Origin: Vulcanimicrobiota bacterium
GTDB taxonomy: Bacteria; Vulcanimicrobiota; Xenobia; Xenobiales; JADMJV01
Assembly: GCA_050250895.1 (NCBI GenBank)
Contig: JBFWNU010000009.1
Span: 38,388 to 102,387 of the forward strand
Direction of reading: 5' to 3'
DNA length: 64,000 bases
The notes below the pieces were generated by a model, which worked only from the letters and a program-made list of their open reading frames with translations, did no database searches and was not told the origin of the DNA. Position 1 is the stretch's first letter; each line of letters starts with the position of its first letter. This document shows, piece after piece, positions 1 through 9,482 of this stretch. A program made the position numbers and the translations under genes.

Positions 1-488
1 CGGCTCAGACGCGCCACTACGACCAGGTCAGGCACTTTTCCATCGAGTTGCCAGCCGGCTGGAGCCCCAGCACCATGCAGAACGCCGACTTCGCCATGAG
101 CGATGGCAAATTGAGTCTTGGCGTATATACCCTCAACGATGCGGACCTGGCCAGCGCCGTGAGTCGCCTGGCCGAGACCTACAAGAAGCTGGGAGCCAAA
201 GAAACGCTCAAGCAGGCCATCACCATCAACGAAGTGCCCGGCAACATCTCGGTCTGGGAAGGGGGCGGAGAGGCCCTCCTGTCGACCGTGCTGGTCAGCG
301 GACAGGAGAAATTCTTGCTGTTGGGGACCTTTCCCAGCGGCTCGAGCAAGACCGACGCCGAGCGCATGGTGGTCATCTGCAAGTCGTTTCGCGTGGAAAG
401 AGGGGCGGCACCCGTCGCGGCACCGCCCCCCAGTCAGCCGGCCACTCCCCCGCCGATCAGCCAACCGCCGGAAGAAGACCAGTTCTAG
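1..488 (+). CDS. PsbP/DcrB-like protein, 5'-truncated by the window edge
   Basis: Frame is open from base 3 (AQTRHYDQVRHFSIELPAGW). FSIELPAGW and the closing 'KSFRV' resemble the PsbP-like fold; Pro-rich tail; TAG at 486-488. Confidence 0.55.
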   Translation, partial: AQTRHYDQVRHFSIELPAGWSPSTMQNADFAMSDGKLSLGVYTLNDADLASAVSRLAETYKKLGAKETLKQAITINEVPGNISVWEGGGEALLSTVLVSGQEKFLLLGTFPSGSSKTDAERMVVICKSFRVERGAAPVAAPPPSQPATPPPISQPPEEDQF

Positions 489-3400
489 CGAGCCACGTGA
501 TAGTCGGTGATGTAGAGGTGGGTGGTGTGGCGCCGGATCATATTCTCGACCATGCCTCGGTCCAGCCCTAGCAGCCCGATATCGGACAGGGTGTGGACGC
601 GGCCAGGCTCGACCAGCTGATCGCCGGCTAGCATGGCACCGGCGGTGCGGTGGTTGCCGTCCATCAGCAGATACTTGAAGCTCTCGCCGCCATTGATGGG
701 AATCTCGAGCACCTCTTGCCCGTCCTTGAAGCCGTTGATGGCTTGCTTGGTTTTGCCCCAATTGACCACCGGGCCGGGAGCTCCCTGAGCGAAGACCATG
801 TCGTCGATCTTCTTGGTGATGCCGCCACCGGTCGGCACCTCGCGTCGACCGGCGTAGCGGTCCACCGATTCCAGCATCTGGTCGACCAGCTGCTGGTGCT
901 CGTCCCAGCTCTGCTGCTTGCCCACGAAGGGCGGAGGACGCTTGCCGGTGAGCCGCTCTTTGATGGTGGTCGGGCCGTTGACGAAGCCGTCCACGGTCTG
1001 GTTGGGATTGACCGCTTTCGACAACTTCATGTCCTGGGTCCCGGCCAGAATCGGGTCGAACAGCTCGCGGGCGGCTTCGCCGCTGCCGACTTGCTCGGCC
1101 ACCTGAGTGAGCTGGCCGACCCGCTCGCTGAGCTGCTCTTTGAGGAACGGATCGGTCTTGAGCTGGTCTTTGAGCTGAGCGGCTTCGCGCGTGAGCATCG
1201 TCTGCATGTCGTCGCGCATGCTCTGGCGTGTGGCCTGATCGGCTCCGGCGTAAGCCTGGCCGAGTTCTTTGCGAAGATTCTCGTCTTTGAGCAGCTTCGA
1301 TTGAGGATCGTTGAAGTCGAAGCGCTGGTTGGCCGGGCCATCGTCGACGTCGCGACCCAGCCGCGCGGGCCGGCCCTGTTCGACCGGACGAGGACCGTCC
1401 ACGGTGTGCACGACGCGCCCAGGCCCGCCGCCGGGAGGGGTCGGGTCGTAGTAGAACGAGGTGTTATCGAGGTTGCCCATATCGAGCCCTTTGCGAGGCA
1501 GCTCGCTGACGGGAAGCTCGGTGTGGCCGTAGGGGGGCTCGCTCTGGGTGAGGTGAACGGTATCTCCGTCGACCACGCCGCTGTCGTATTTCTGCACTCG
1601 CCCCACCAGGTCTTGAAGCTCATCGGCCGAGTAACGCTGGCCACCCAGGGTGACCTCGTGCAGGTCGCTCTGGCGGATGTCGCCCACAGCGGCCGAATGC
1701 TCTTGCTGTTTGACCCAGGCGTCGCGCTCGGCCCCGGTCTTGGGCATCTTCTCCTGGGGCAGATAACGGCCCGGCATCCCCTGGGTGTCGAGCACGGCGA
1801 AGTTCTGGTCGTCGTTGAGGAAGCGCGGGTGAGTCTCGGTAGTGGGAGTGTATTTCGAGCTGCGGGCTTTGGCACTGCCATCGGCGAAAACGGTGGCTTC
1901 CAGGGCGTCCGGCGATCCGTCGGGGCCGCGGGCGGGGATGCCGTTGCCATCAAGGATGTTGGCGATGTCGTTGCCGTTGAGGGCGCGGTAGGCGATGCCC
2001 GCTTCGCGCGACAAGCGCACGGCTTCCTCTTTGCTGCCGGCCTTGAGGGCCTTCTCGATCTTGGCCTGGCGCTTGGGCGGAACGTCGCGTCCGAGCACAG
2101 CGCTGTCGTTGGCCGGGCCGGTCGGAGGCACCGCGTCGGCGGCGGCCGCCTCTTGGGCCTGGCGAGCGCGGATCTGGCCATCTTCGAGCCGGCTGAGGGC
2201 GGCGACATCCTGCGGCTGGCCGGTCTTGGGCTTGGGCTGCGACTTGAGGCGGTCGAAATAGTTGGCCACGAAATCGTGTCCGCCGGCTTCGGCCCGGTGC
2301 TCGGCCAGGCTGCTCTCGTAGGCTTGCCGGGCCTCGGCGATCTGCTCGGGGGAGGCGCCCTGCTCGCGCAACTGGCGCAGCTTGCCATAGGCCGCGTCGG
2401 CCTGGGACAGGGCGGCCGAGGCAGCCGCGTCGCCGCCGGCGGCCTGTTGGGCCAACACGGCGTGGTCGAGTTCGTGTCCGAACTCGTGGGCCGACACGCG
2501 ACCGTTGCTATCCACCGGCAGTTGAATCTGGGAGCGGCCGTTCTCGGTGATGGTCTGGGCCACATTGCCGGTGCCGATGTCGACGCCGTCGAGCATGTTG
2601 GGGTCAAGACCCCGCGACTGCAGATAGGCTGCCGCCTCGGAGCGCAGGTTGTCAGAGTCGAGGCGCAATTTGGAGGTCTCGGGGCTAAAGCCGCCCGCCG
2701 GAGCTTCACCACCGTGGGGCACCGGAGCATCCACCTTCGGGGCACGTAGGCGACTGGCCGCATCACCAGCGGTGCCAAAAGCCGGACCGAGAACGCCACC
2801 CACGGCCGCTCCCATCTTGGCCTTCTCATGCGCTTCTCCCAGCGAGTTGCCGTCGATGACCGCCCCGGCGAAGGTGCTGCCGTAGCCGTCGGCGGCACCC
2901 TCGACAGCGTTGAGGCCGCGAGCGGCCAACCAGGTGCCGGCCCCGGCCGAGCGACCGGCCAGCAGAGTCTTCTCGGCCAAAGCAGCGGCCCGGCTCGTGC
3001 CCAGGGCCGACATGGCGTTGACTCCGCCTTTGAAGAAATCGGTGGCGATGTTGCCCTGATACTGGCCACTGCCGGTGCCGGCTTCGAGAGCCTTCACTCC
3101 CACCTTGGTCAGCCCGCCGGCCAGCGGGGCGGCCACCAGCGAGGCTCCGCCGGTAACCGGAGCCAGCGCCAGGCCAGCCGATACCGAGGCCACATCCGAG
3201 ATCCCCTCGACCCAGTTCTCTTGCGAGGTCTTATACTCGCCGATGCGCTGCTCGATGCCACCCAGTTCGCCGCGCAGCTTGCCCAGGCGCTTTTCATACT
3301 CCTGGCGGAATTCGGCGTCGGTGCCCTGGAAATTGGCCATATCCATGATGGCCTGGCGCGATTGGATGGCGCCGCCGATCTGGTTGCCGATGGCCCGGCT

Positions 3401-6400
3401 ACCCAGGTTGGAGTCGATGACCCAGCCCCCGGGGCGTCCCAGTTCGTTCTTGACGCCGTCGGCGAAGTCGCCCACGATGCCCTGGTCGTCGACCACCTGG
3501 CGAAACTCCCGGTCGAGAGCGGCCGTCTGCTGGCCCACCCGGCCCAGGTCATAGGCCCGCGACAGCTTGCTCTTCATAGCGTCGTAGGCACCCGAATCGA
3601 GCTGGTTCTGCTCGCGCATCTGCTCGAGGGTAGACAGGCCGCGGGCCGCGTCGGTGGGGCTGATGGCCCGCATGTCGCGGTCCTGCAGGTCTTGCATGAA
3701 AGCCCCGTTGTTGACTCCGTAGAACGGGCTGTCTTCCCACCAGCCATTCTGCTGATAGGCGGCTTCGCGCTGGGCGGTGGCTTCGGCCGTCTTCTGCTCG
3801 AAGGACTTGTCCATCATCCGGTCCCCAGGAGCGGAGTAATTGTCCATCAGGTCAGTGTAAGAAATCTGGGCGCTGCCGGGCACCACGTCTCGGCGCAGAG
3901 CAGCTTCGACCTCTTCGACCTTGCCGGCTTTGAGGTCTTGCTCGAGCTGTTCGAGGCGCTGGTCGGACTTCTGCTGCCACTCGCCCAGCCGGCCCGCGTC
4001 TTCGGGTCGTTGCTGCGAACCCGTCTGCATCAGACGACCGGTTTCGTAGCGAGCCATCTGGATGCGCTCGCTGGCCACGGTGCCCATGACGCCCCGGCGC
4101 TCGTCGACCGACATCGAGTCCCAGGCCTGACCGGCGGCCTGCTGCAGCTGCTGGTCACCGACCCGGGCCCATTCCCGATCGAGTTCGTCGCGATCGATGT
4201 TGGCGGCCGACTGCAACTCTTTGCGCTGGGCCTCGCGCACGCCATCCTCGCGCATACCCGCGAGCTGCTCGCGACTCAGGCGCTGGACCTCAGCCTGGTA
4301 GGCGTTCCACTGGCGATTCTGGGCGTTGTCCTGGGCGCTGGCCCGGGGGCCGGTGCGGGCTCCGCCGGTGGGCGGGTCGACCCCGTACTGCTGCCGGAAG
4401 GTCTCGCGGGCCTGGCTCTGCAGATCAGCCTGAGCCTGCTGCTGAGCCGCGAAGTAGTGCGGCATGTTCTCTTTCATCAGGCGCTCATACTCGGCCTGGA
4501 CCTGGCGGCCTCGGCCCTGGGAGCCCTGCCCGCCCGACGGATACTTGGCTTCAGCCTGCTTCTTGAGCTTGGCGGCGGCCGCATCATAGCCGCCGTTCTG
4601 GGTGACGTAGTCCCGCTCGCTGGCAAACTGCCGATCGATCTGGGCCGACTGGCGTTGAGTGTAGCGCTCGGCGAAAGTGCTAGCGTCGACCGTGGCCGGA
4701 GTGTTGGCATTGCCGGCCTGATAGTCGGGATTGGGATACTGACCGTTGGCTTCGAGCGTGCGGGTGGCGAACTGCCGCTGCAAACCTTCGGGCTGGGTGC
4801 CGATGTGGGTCTGATAGTTCTCGGTGGCCGAATTCTGGCGCACCATCCCGTTCATCTGCGGGCTGTAGCCGGGCGGGAAGACGGTGTTCTGGTCGTAGAT
4901 GTCGCCCTGGGTGTTGTAGGCCTGCAGGTTGGCCTGGCTAAAATCGGCCCCGCGGGCATCGCCATAGACCGCCGGCTTGTCCCGCCGATTCTCGAACGGG
5001 TTGCCAAACTGCGAAGGCTGCCCTTGCCCGGGCGGCAATCCCAGGTGCTGGCGCAGCTCGGGGCTCATCTGGATGTCTCCCGGGGCGATGCCCCGACTTC
5101 TCAGGTCCTGATAGCCCTTCAGCTCTTTCTGCAGGGCCGGGGACGGCGGCTGGTTGCCGCCCGGGGCCGACACGGCTTGACCGGGACGCACCAGCTGAAT
5201 CTCGCCGTTGCCCGCGAAGCTGAAGGGCAGCTGCTGGGTGGAGGGACGGTTCATGCTCTGGTCCACCGGGGCGCTGTCGAAGGCCTGTCCCACGCTGAGC
5301 TGCCCCGCCTGGCGCGACAGCTTCTTGCCACGGTCGACGATGGCTGCATCCATGGCTTCCATCTGCTGGCGCACCGAAGCCAGGTCTTGGGACTGGGAGC
5401 GGCGGTCTAGCCCTTGAGCCTCGTAGGCCTGATTGAGTTCACGCTGGCGCGCCTCGAGCGAACTGAGCTGACCCGAGAAGTTCGGGAACATCTGCGCGTC
5501 CTGGCCGGCCTGATTGGCCCGCATCAAGACCTTGGCATCGTCGGCATTCTTGACCTGATCCATCTCGCGTCCGAAGACCTGGGTGGTGGGCCGCCCGTCG
5601 CGCAGGTCCTGGCGGGCCTGCAGCGTGATCTCAGAAGCCAGAGCCCCGTAGCGCTCGCGCTCCTGAGCACTATAATCCAGGGCTGACGGAGGCGGGCTGA
5701 ACGGACTGACCGGCCGCCCGCCGTTCATGCGGCTCTCGAGTTCGCTGAAGTTGTTGCCCACGGTCATACCCTCGAGTTGGGCGAACTGGCCCAGCGAGGC
5801 GTTGAGTTGCTGGCTGTCGCGCTGAATGCCAAGCCGCTGGGCCATCAACGGTGTCTGGGCCTCGGCCAACAGAGCTCGCATCTCTTGCTGGTTCTGGTCG
5901 AACTTGGCCCGCTCGGCCGAGTTGGTGGGCGGCACCTGAGCGTCGAGTTCTTTCTGGAAATCGGCCGCCTGCTGAGCCGTGATGGGCCCATTCATACCAG
6001 CCGTCTCGACCCGGTAACCCAGGCTGCCGTGGGCATACTCGGACCCGTTGGCGCTCAGCAACTGCACCTGCCCGTCGGCCCAGCCGCGGATGGCCTGGCT
6101 CTGCTCCTCGGCCGAAGGCCGATCCTGGGTCGGATTCTGCTGGCCGTTGCCGTTGGGCTGGCCCGGCTGGGCGACCGGGTTTTGCTGACCGTTGCTATTG
6201 ACCGGGTTGGCCTGACCGTTGCCGTTGGCTTGACCGTTGGCGGGCGGGTTTGCCTGGCCGTTGGCGGGGGGATTGGCCTGTCCGTTGGCTGGCGGGTTGG
6301 CCTGGCCGTCGGCTGGCGGGTTGGCCTGGCCGTTGGCGGGGGGATTGGCCTGTCCGTTGGCCGGCGGGTTGGCCTGGCCGTTGGCGGGGGGATTGGCCTG

Positions 6401-7093
6401 GCCGTTGGCGGGGGGATTGGCCTGTCCGTTGGCCGGCGGGTTGGCCTGGCCATTGGCCGGCGGGTTTGCCTGGCCGTCGGCGGGGGGGTTTGTCTGGCCG
6501 TTGGCTGGCGGGTTGGCCTGGCCATTGGCCGGCGGGTTGGCCTGGCCGTTGGCGGGGGGGTTGGCCTGGCCGTTGGCGGGGGGGTTGGCCTGGCCATCGG
6601 CTGGCGGGTTGGGCTGGCCATTGGCTGGCGGGTTGGCCTGGCCATTGGCCGGCGGGTTGGCCTGACCGTTGCCGTTGGCTTGACCGTTGGCGGGGGGATT
6701 GGCCTGACCGTTGCCGTTGGCTTGGCCCGGCTGGGCGGCGGGGTTTTGCTGACCGTTGCCGTTGGCCGCAGCTCCCCAACCACTGATGGCGCGACTCTGC
6801 TCGCGAGCCGATGGGCGGTTGGGGTCGCGGGGTTTGGCCTGGGGATTGGCTTTGGCTTTTTGACCCTGACCTGAAGCTTGAGGCTTGGTCTGCGGGCCCG
6901 ACGACGACTGGTCGGCCTTCTTGGCCGGGGCGGCTTGCTTTGATTGCTGGCCGGTGGCCGGCTGATCGGCCTTCTTGGCCGCCGGGGCCTTCTTGGATTG
7001 CACTGCCGGACGACGCTTTTGCGTCCTGGCTGCCCCTCCCGATTTGCGTGTCACCGGCCGCCTTGTCGGCGTTGTCTTACGTCTTACCCGCAT
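485..7093 (-). CDS. Giant (2202 aa) polymorphic-toxin-like / polyvalent protein
   Basis: Long ORF with GC3-biased codons. Basic low-complexity N-terminus, GQANPPAN repeats, Gln-rich helical core and a Gly/Ala-rich hydrophobic segment (GLALAPVTGGASLVAAPLAGG), followed by HELDH, AYRAL and LLMDGNHR motifs. Confidence 0.8.
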   Translation of the reverse strand: MRVRRKTTPTRRPVTRKSGGAARTQKRRPAVQSKKAPAAKKADQPATGQQSKQAAPAKKADQSSSGPQTKPQASGQGQKAKANPQAKPRDPNRPSAREQSRAISGWGAAANGNGQQNPAAQPGQANGNGQANPPANGQANGNGQANPPANGQANPPANGQPNPPADGQANPPANGQANPPANGQANPPANGQANPPANGQTNPPADGQANPPANGQANPPANGQANPPANGQANPPANGQANPPANGQANPPANGQANPPADGQANPPANGQANPPANGQANPPANGQANGNGQANPVNSNGQQNPVAQPGQPNGNGQQNPTQDRPSAEEQSQAIRGWADGQVQLLSANGSEYAHGSLGYRVETAGMNGPITAQQAADFQKELDAQVPPTNSAERAKFDQNQQEMRALLAEAQTPLMAQRLGIQRDSQQLNASLGQFAQLEGMTVGNNFSELESRMNGGRPVSPFSPPPSALDYSAQERERYGALASEITLQARQDLRDGRPTTQVFGREMDQVKNADDAKVLMRANQAGQDAQMFPNFSGQLSSLEARQRELNQAYEAQGLDRRSQSQDLASVRQQMEAMDAAIVDRGKKLSRQAGQLSVGQAFDSAPVDQSMNRPSTQQLPFSFAGNGEIQLVRPGQAVSAPGGNQPPSPALQKELKGYQDLRSRGIAPGDIQMSPELRQHLGLPPGQGQPSQFGNPFENRRDKPAVYGDARGADFSQANLQAYNTQGDIYDQNTVFPPGYSPQMNGMVRQNSATENYQTHIGTQPEGLQRQFATRTLEANGQYPNPDYQAGNANTPATVDASTFAERYTQRQSAQIDRQFASERDYVTQNGGYDAAAAKLKKQAEAKYPSGGQGSQGRGRQVQAEYERLMKENMPHYFAAQQQAQADLQSQARETFRQQYGVDPPTGGARTGPRASAQDNAQNRQWNAYQAEVQRLSREQLAGMREDGVREAQRKELQSAANIDRDELDREWARVGDQQLQQAAGQAWDSMSVDERRGVMGTVASERIQMARYETGRLMQTGSQQRPEDAGRLGEWQQKSDQRLEQLEQDLKAGKVEEVEAALRRDVVPGSAQISYTDLMDNYSAPGDRMMDKSFEQKTAEATAQREAAYQQNGWWEDSPFYGVNNGAFMQDLQDRDMRAISPTDAARGLSTLEQMREQNQLDSGAYDAMKSKLSRAYDLGRVGQQTAALDREFRQVVDDQGIVGDFADGVKNELGRPGGWVIDSNLGSRAIGNQIGGAIQSRQAIMDMANFQGTDAEFRQEYEKRLGKLRGELGGIEQRIGEYKTSQENWVEGISDVASVSAGLALAPVTGGASLVAAPLAGGLTKVGVKALEAGTGSGQYQGNIATDFFKGGVNAMSALGTSRAAALAEKTLLAGRSAGAGTWLAARGLNAVEGAADGYGSTFAGAVIDGNSLGEAHEKAKMGAAVGGVLGPAFGTAGDAASRLRAPKVDAPVPHGGEAPAGGFSPETSKLRLDSDNLRSEAAAYLQSRGLDPNMLDGVDIGTGNVAQTITENGRSQIQLPVDSNGRVSAHEFGHELDHAVLAQQAAGGDAAASAALSQADAAYGKLRQLREQGASPEQIAEARQAYESSLAEHRAEAGGHDFVANYFDRLKSQPKPKTGQPQDVAALSRLEDGQIRARQAQEAAAADAVPPTGPANDSAVLGRDVPPKRQAKIEKALKAGSKEEAVRLSREAGIAYRALNGNDIANILDGNGIPARGPDGSPDALEATVFADGSAKARSSKYTPTTETHPRFLNDDQNFAVLDTQGMPGRYLPQEKMPKTGAERDAWVKQQEHSAAVGDIRQSDLHEVTLGGQRYSADELQDLVGRVQKYDSGVVDGDTVHLTQSEPPYGHTELPVSELPRKGLDMGNLDNTSFYYDPTPPGGGPGRVVHTVDGPRPVEQGRPARLGRDVDDGPANQRFDFNDPQSKLLKDENLRKELGQAYAGADQATRQSMRDDMQTMLTREAAQLKDQLKTDPFLKEQLSERVGQLTQVAEQVGSGEAARELFDPILAGTQDMKLSKAVNPNQTVDGFVNGPTTIKERLTGKRPPPFVGKQQSWDEHQQLVDQMLESVDRYAGRREVPTGGGITKKIDDMVFAQGAPGPVVNWGKTKQAINGFKDGQEVLEIPINGGESFKYLLMDGNHRTAGAMLAGDQLVEPGRVHTLSDIGLLGLDRGMVENMIRRHTTHLYITDYHVAR
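6185..6765 (-). repeat. In-frame 24-bp tandem repeat encoding ~19 x GQANPPA(N/D)
   Basis: Repeated ggttggcctggccgttggcgggg-type units are directly visible, with synonymous variation between copies. Confidence 0.95.
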
Positions 7094-7233
7094 TGAACCC
7101 TCGCCAGCATCTTAGCGTGTCGGGTCAACGACTATTCGTCAAAAAATGTTAAAACTCGATGAACATTGTTGCCGTAATGTTTCGGGGACTGTTCCAAGCG
7201 CTCGTCGGGCTGGAAGCCGGACGCCGGGGTGCG

Positions 7234-7249
7234 ACTTCCACCTGGAAGT
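7234..7249. repeat. Solo inverted repeat ACTTCCA-CC-TGGAAGT (variant of the 13.1-14.3 kb array core)
   Basis: One mismatch from ACTTCCAGCTGGAAGT; intergenic, ~140 bp upstream of the giant gene start. Confidence 0.6.
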
Positions 7250-7288
7250 GATTCGCCGCATTCTCGGTGCTGCCGAATCGCCGGGAAC

Positions 7289-8179
7289 TCAGGCCTGGGT
7301 GCGAAAAAGCCTGGCCGTGCGGTCCCAGCCCGCGGTGAGCACGAGCTCTCCGCACACCGCCAGGTCATAGACGGGCTCCTTGGCGTGGGGCATCGATTCA
7401 TAGACGACTGCCCCGCTCTGCCACTGCCAGATGCGAAGACGACCATCGTGCGAGCCGGTGATGAGCAAGTCGTTGGAGACGAAGGCAAGCCCGCGAACCC
7501 AGTCGGTGTGGCCTTCGAGCCAGCCGGCGGGCGAGCCGTCGAGGTTCCACCACAGGCCCACCGCGCCGTTCGAAAACCCGGCCGCCAGCACCAACCCGTC
7601 GGGTGAGTAGGCGACCGAGACTGGCCAGCGGTCCTGGTGGTCGACCAGCAGCAACTGGCGCGCATCCCAGGGGTCCCAGACCCTTAGAGTGCCGTCACGA
7701 CAGCCGGTGGCCAGGCGCTCGGCCCGGGGGTGAAAGGCTACCGCGTTGACCCAGTTGCCCAGGCAGAACTTCTGCAGAGTGGACCACTGGCGGGTGAGGA
7801 TGCGTCGGTGCACGTCCATCGGTCGGGCCGGCACCACCCACAGGGCTCCGTCGTGAGAAGCCAGGGCCAGCAGTGAGCCGTCGTGAGAGAAGGCCACTCC
7901 CTCCACCGAGTTGCCAAAGGGCTCGAGGGTGGCCAACTCGCTTCCGGAGTAGACCTCGTAGACCAGGCCGCGGCGGTTAGAGCCCACCGCCAGCCGGCTC
8001 GAGTCCGGGGCAAAGGCCAGCGAGTAGCCGTCGACCTGGTGGCGGCGGCCGTCACGTCCGCCGGTCTCCCAGAGGAAAACCTCTTCGAAGGTGCTCGAGG
8101 CGGCCAGTTTGCCGTCGGGCGAGAGGGCCACGGCCGAGACGTTCTCGGCATGTTGCTTAGTCAGCAGCTGAGAGAGCAT
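7289..8179 (-). CDS. WD40 repeat protein
   Basis: Repeated V.AVA(F/L)SPDG..LA and DGTLRVWD/GHTDWV motifs. Confidence 0.92.
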   Translation of the reverse strand: MLSQLLTKQHAENVSAVALSPDGKLAASSTFEEVFLWETGGRDGRRHQVDGYSLAFAPDSSRLAVGSNRRGLVYEVYSGSELATLEPFGNSVEGVAFSHDGSLLALASHDGALWVVPARPMDVHRRILTRQWSTLQKFCLGNWVNAVAFHPRAERLATGCRDGTLRVWDPWDARQLLLVDHQDRWPVSVAYSPDGLVLAAGFSNGAVGLWWNLDGSPAGWLEGHTDWVRGLAFVSNDLLITGSHDGRLRIWQWQSGAVVYESMPHAKEPVYDLAVCGELVLTAGWDRTARLFRTQA

Positions 8180-9482
8180 TCTTTCGTTGCATCCACATGA
8201 AGTAAGGCAATCCGGCTGCGATCAGTCCCAGACCTACGGTCGATTCGAAAGGACGCTCCCAGAAGTTCAGCCCGAGAATCCACAGCAGACTGGCCAGAAA
8301 AATGGCGGGGGTGGCCGGATAACCCCAGCACTGGTAGGGTCGCTCGCGCTCGGGCTGGCGCGCCCGGAGCACGTAGATGGCTAGCGCGGTCAGGGCCGAG
8401 AAGACCATGATCCCGAAGATGACATAATTGGTCAGCAGGTCGAACAGACTCTCCTTACCTCTCAGATACTCGCCGGCCACCACCAGCACGGTGCTCCACA
8501 CCGAATAGGCGATGATGGCCCGGTGAGGCGTGGCGTAACGCTCGTGGACGGTAGCGAAAGCCCGGGGAGCCAGGCCGTCGCGGGCCATGGCGAAGAAGAT
8601 ACGCGGGCCGCACAACAACCCCGCGTTGAGGGTGCCGAGCACCGAGATCAGCAAGAAGAGGTTGAGCAGTCGGCCCCCGATGGGGCCGGCCAGACGACTG
8701 ACCATATCGGCAGCCGGAGTGGGCGAGGCGGCCAGCTCTGCCATCGGCATACTGGCGTGAATGCCCAGATTGATAGCCATGTACAAAACCATGGTCAGGC
8801 CCACCCCGAACACCAGTGCCCGCGGCACCTGGCGTTGGGGTTCCTGCATCTCCTCGGCCACAGTAGTCACGTTGTACCAGCCGTCGTAGGCCCACAGCAC
8901 GGCCAGGAAGGCAGCTGCCCAGGCGGGGGTCGGGGGAATCGAACGACTGGCGAGAAAGCTCTCCGAGCCGAGATAGAGCAGTGGCAGTCCGGTGACCAGC
9001 ACCAGGCCCGAGACCTTGAAAAAGAGGGCGATGTCCTGTAGGCGGCCCGAGCCTTCGACTCCCACCACGTTCCAACCAGCCAGCAGGGCAATGATCACGA
9101 TGGCCACCGCTGGCAAGGTGGCTCCCTGACAGCCCAGCAGGGTGGCCGCCGCCACAGCCAGAGCGCCGGTCGAGGCCGAGCGAGCGAAGAAGAAGTCGGT
9201 CCACCCGGCCAAAAAGGCCGGGCATCGCCCCCAGGCTTCGCGCAGATAGACATAAGCCCCGCCCGACTCGGGAATCATCGCCGCCAGCTCGGCATAGACC
9301 AGCCCCCCGAGCAGCGAGATGATGCCGCCGGCCAGCCACACCAACAAAATCAGATCGAGCCGTCCCAGGCTCTTGGCCATGACGTTCTGCTTGAAGAAAA
9401 TGCCCGAGCCGACCATCGTGCCCACCACGATGGCCACCCCCTGGCGCAGGCCCAGGGCCCGGCGCAGCCCCGACTCAGACAT
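8157..9482 (-). CDS. APC family amino acid permease
   Basis: GTMVGSGIF, YAELAAMIPESGG, WAYDGW motifs; ~12 hydrophobic segments. Confidence 0.95.
   Translation of the reverse strand: MSESGLRRALGLRQGVAIVVGTMVGSGIFFKQNVMAKSLGRLDLILLVWLAGGIISLLGGLVYAELAAMIPESGGAYVYLREAWGRCPAFLAGWTDFFFARSASTGALAVAAATLLGCQGATLPAVAIVIIALLAGWNVVGVEGSGRLQDIALFFKVSGLVLVTGLPLLYLGSESFLASRSIPPTPAWAAAFLAVLWAYDGWYNVTTVAEEMQEPQRQVPRALVFGVGLTMVLYMAINLGIHASMPMAELAASPTPAADMVSRLAGPIGGRLLNLFLLISVLGTLNAGLLCGPRIFFAMARDGLAPRAFATVHERYATPHRAIIAYSVWSTVLVVAGEYLRGKESLFDLLTNYVIFGIMVFSALTALAIYVLRARQPERERPYQCWGYPATPAIFLASLLWILGLNFWERPFESTVGLGLIAAGLPYFMWMQRKNALSAAD

Noticed and set aside
650-6874. Long plus-strand ORFs 650-2749, 2828-5410 and 5777-6874
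   Set aside because: Antisense shadows of the 2202-aa gene, typical of high-GC codon bias.
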